Program-made: the position numbers and the translations under genes
The notes under the pieces: generated by a model
What the model was told of the DNA's origin: nothing
The model's input: only the letters and a program-made list of their open reading frames with translations
Databases searched by the model: none
From: Archaeoglobaceae archaeon
GTDB lineage: Archaea; Halobacteriota; Archaeoglobi; Archaeoglobales; Archaeoglobaceae
NCBI GenBank assembly: GCA_046483365.1
Contig: JAWODI010000081.1
Location: 58,151 to 122,150, forward strand
DNA: 64,000 nt
Reading direction: 5' to 3'
Part shown: positions 62,665 through 64,000 of the stretch, one piece after another
Layout of the letters: every line of letters starts with the position of its first letter
Numbering within the stretch: the first letter of the stretch is position 1

Positions 62665-62817
62665 TCATTTTTAAACGTTTTATTTGATAACGTTATCTGT
62701 TCATATTTTAACAACCTCCAGAATATCTACAGGTTCTACAGGTTCAAAGATAAGTAGGTAATGTGAAATCCTTTCAGAACGCACAAATATTATTAACAGC
62801 GATATTGAGGTCTTTAT

Positions 62818-63585
62818 ATGGACCAGATATCGATTTTTATGACAGGAACTGCTGGCTCAGGAAAAACTTATCTGACGAACGGGTTTTCAGAGTGGCTTGA
62901 TTTAAAGCGTTTGGACAGTATCACCGTCAACCTCGACCCCGGGGTAGATAAACTGCCGTATACTCCTGACGTAGATATCAGGGACTGGTTGACCCTGGAG
63001 AACGTAATGGATGTATATGGAGTGGGGCCCAATGGAGCTCAAATAATTTGTGCTGACCTGATAAGCACCAAGATCACCGAGCTGAAGGAAGAAATAGGTT
63101 ATCAGGGTGGTCAGTTCGTGATAATCGATACCCCTGGTCAGATGGAGTTGTTCACCCTCAGACAGAGCAGTCAGTTCATCGTTGATTCATTCGGGGCGAA
63201 GAACAGCGTGATGGTCTTTTTATTCGACCCTGTAATATCCAAAACACCTTCCGGTTTCATTTCTCTGCTGTTCATGTCGGCCTCCGCCGTCTTCAGGTTG
63301 AACCTTCCTCAGGTCATGGTCCTATCCAAATCCGATGTGTTGACCGACTCGGAAATTGAACAGGTGATAGGCTGGAGTACGGACCCCGAAAACCTCTATG
63401 ACTCGCTCAGCACAGGCACTTCAAGCGGATTGAGCGACGATCTCTTCCACATGCTGAGAGAGAGCAAACTGTTCAGACCCCTCGTTCCAGTATCCGCTAC
63501 CAACGGCTCCGGAATGGAGGACATTTACGACGGGATACAGGAGATCTTCTACGGCGGAGAAGATGTAGAGAGCATACTCTATTGA
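62818..63585 (+). CDS. GPN-loop GTPase
   Basis: GTAGSGKT (P-loop), GPNGA (GPN loop), DTPGQME, SKSD. Confidence 0.8.
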   Translation: MDQISIFMTGTAGSGKTYLTNGFSEWLDLKRLDSITVNLDPGVDKLPYTPDVDIRDWLTLENVMDVYGVGPNGAQIICADLISTKITELKEEIGYQGGQFVIIDTPGQMELFTLRQSSQFIVDSFGAKNSVMVFLFDPVISKTPSGFISLLFMSASAVFRLNLPQVMVLSKSDVLTDSEIEQVIGWSTDPENLYDSLSTGTSSGLSDDLFHMLRESKLFRPLVPVSATNGSGMEDIYDGIQEIFYGGEDVESILY

Positions 63586-63646
63586 TTTTTATCAATACTA
63601 AAAAAGAAAAGAAAGTTAGGTTATCGATTAGAACCACTGGATTTCT

Positions 63647-63889
63647 TTACCCTTTTTTCAGCTCATCGAGTCTTCTTTTTACTTCGTTAAGTCTTTCTTC
63701 CAGAAACTTTGCCTCTTCTTCCAGCATCTCTACTTCATTTTCTGTGTATTCTGGTCCATAGAAGCCATAAGCAGGACCTCCATAACCTCTTCCCGGCAAG
63801 AATCTCCAGCACCAGCCTCTACCGTACTTCCAGCCCGGTCTTTCCCACGGCGGGAGATGTCTCCACGGTCCGAAACCCGGATACCTCAT
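63647..63889 (-). CDS. DUF5320-like small protein
   Basis: Gly/Pro/Trp-rich N-terminus (PGFGPWRHLPPWERPGWKYGRGWCWRF) plus a C-terminal coiled coil. The ATG at 63889 is preferred over the GTG at 63892. Confidence 0.45.
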   Translation of the reverse strand: MRYPGFGPWRHLPPWERPGWKYGRGWCWRFLPGRGYGGPAYGFYGPEYTENEVEMLEEEAKFLEERLNEVKRRLDELKKG

Positions 63890-64000
63890 CACACATCACC
63901 TCCAATTTTTTTATACAATCTATAACAGGTGCGATCTCCTCTCCAGCGATCTGACATATGTTGGCCTCACAATCACCTCTTGCGATCGCCTTTGCGGTCT

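Noticed and set aside
63893-64000. Open minus-strand frame at the window end (..TAKAIARGDCEANICQIAGEEIAPVIDCIKKLEVM..)
   Set aside because: It is probably the 3' end of a gene that continues beyond the window, but it runs into the next gene's start region and I cannot identify it, so it is not reported as a feature.

Overview
Archaeal chromosome segment, probably euryarchaeal and Methanosarcinales-like. That placement rests only on gene content (HdrA-MvhD fusion plus polyferredoxin, COG1900/NIL-ferredoxin/COG2122 homocysteine genes, PGF-CTERM sorting signals, archaeal ribosomal/RNAP cluster) and is low confidence. All family calls come from motifs read by eye in the supplied translations; no searches were run.

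The window has three parts.

(1) 1-9.4 kb is core metabolism: a surface FG-GAP protein, SerB, HdrA-MvhD, polyferredoxin, CoaBC, pantoate kinase, an Lrp-like regulator and a CDP-alcohol phosphatidyltransferase.

(2) About 9.4-44.4 kb is a roughly 35-kb accessory island. Nearly all of its ~45 genes encode signal-peptide, lipobox or transmembrane proteins without obvious housekeeping function. It includes secreted hydrolase candidates: an S1E alpha-lytic-type serine protease, a clan-CD-like cysteine peptidase and a Zn-phospholipase-C-like protein. It also includes inhibitor or pro-domain-like proteins: PepSY, BsuPI-like, and an orphan tandem alpha-lytic pro-domain protein. There are six or more membrane-anchored winged-helix regulators, several paralog arrays, one IS200-type element, a RelE toxin-antitoxin pair and several gene fragments (Top6A/Spo11 Toprim fragment, split PIN gene, regulator fragments). 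Three families of conserved non-coding elements recur through the island: Cassette A (8 copies), palindromic Motif B (7 copies) and decamer Motif C (6 copies).

The most interesting structure is a twice-repeated five-part cassette at 30.6-34.2 kb and 35.5-39.8 kb. Each copy has a divergent secreted hydrolase, a membrane-anchored ArsR-type regulator, a secreted cargo gene, a terminator and a ~210-aa anchored protein, all wired with Motif B.

(3) 44.4-64 kb is core again: the homocysteine sulfur-insertion cluster, purB, mtnA, NifX-like/Mrp, the L18e-L13-S9-RpoN-tRNA-Pro-RpoK-enolase-S2 cluster, a ChlI-like AAA+/vWA pair, Dph6, transporters and a GPN-loop GTPase.

No rRNA and no CRISPR array were seen.
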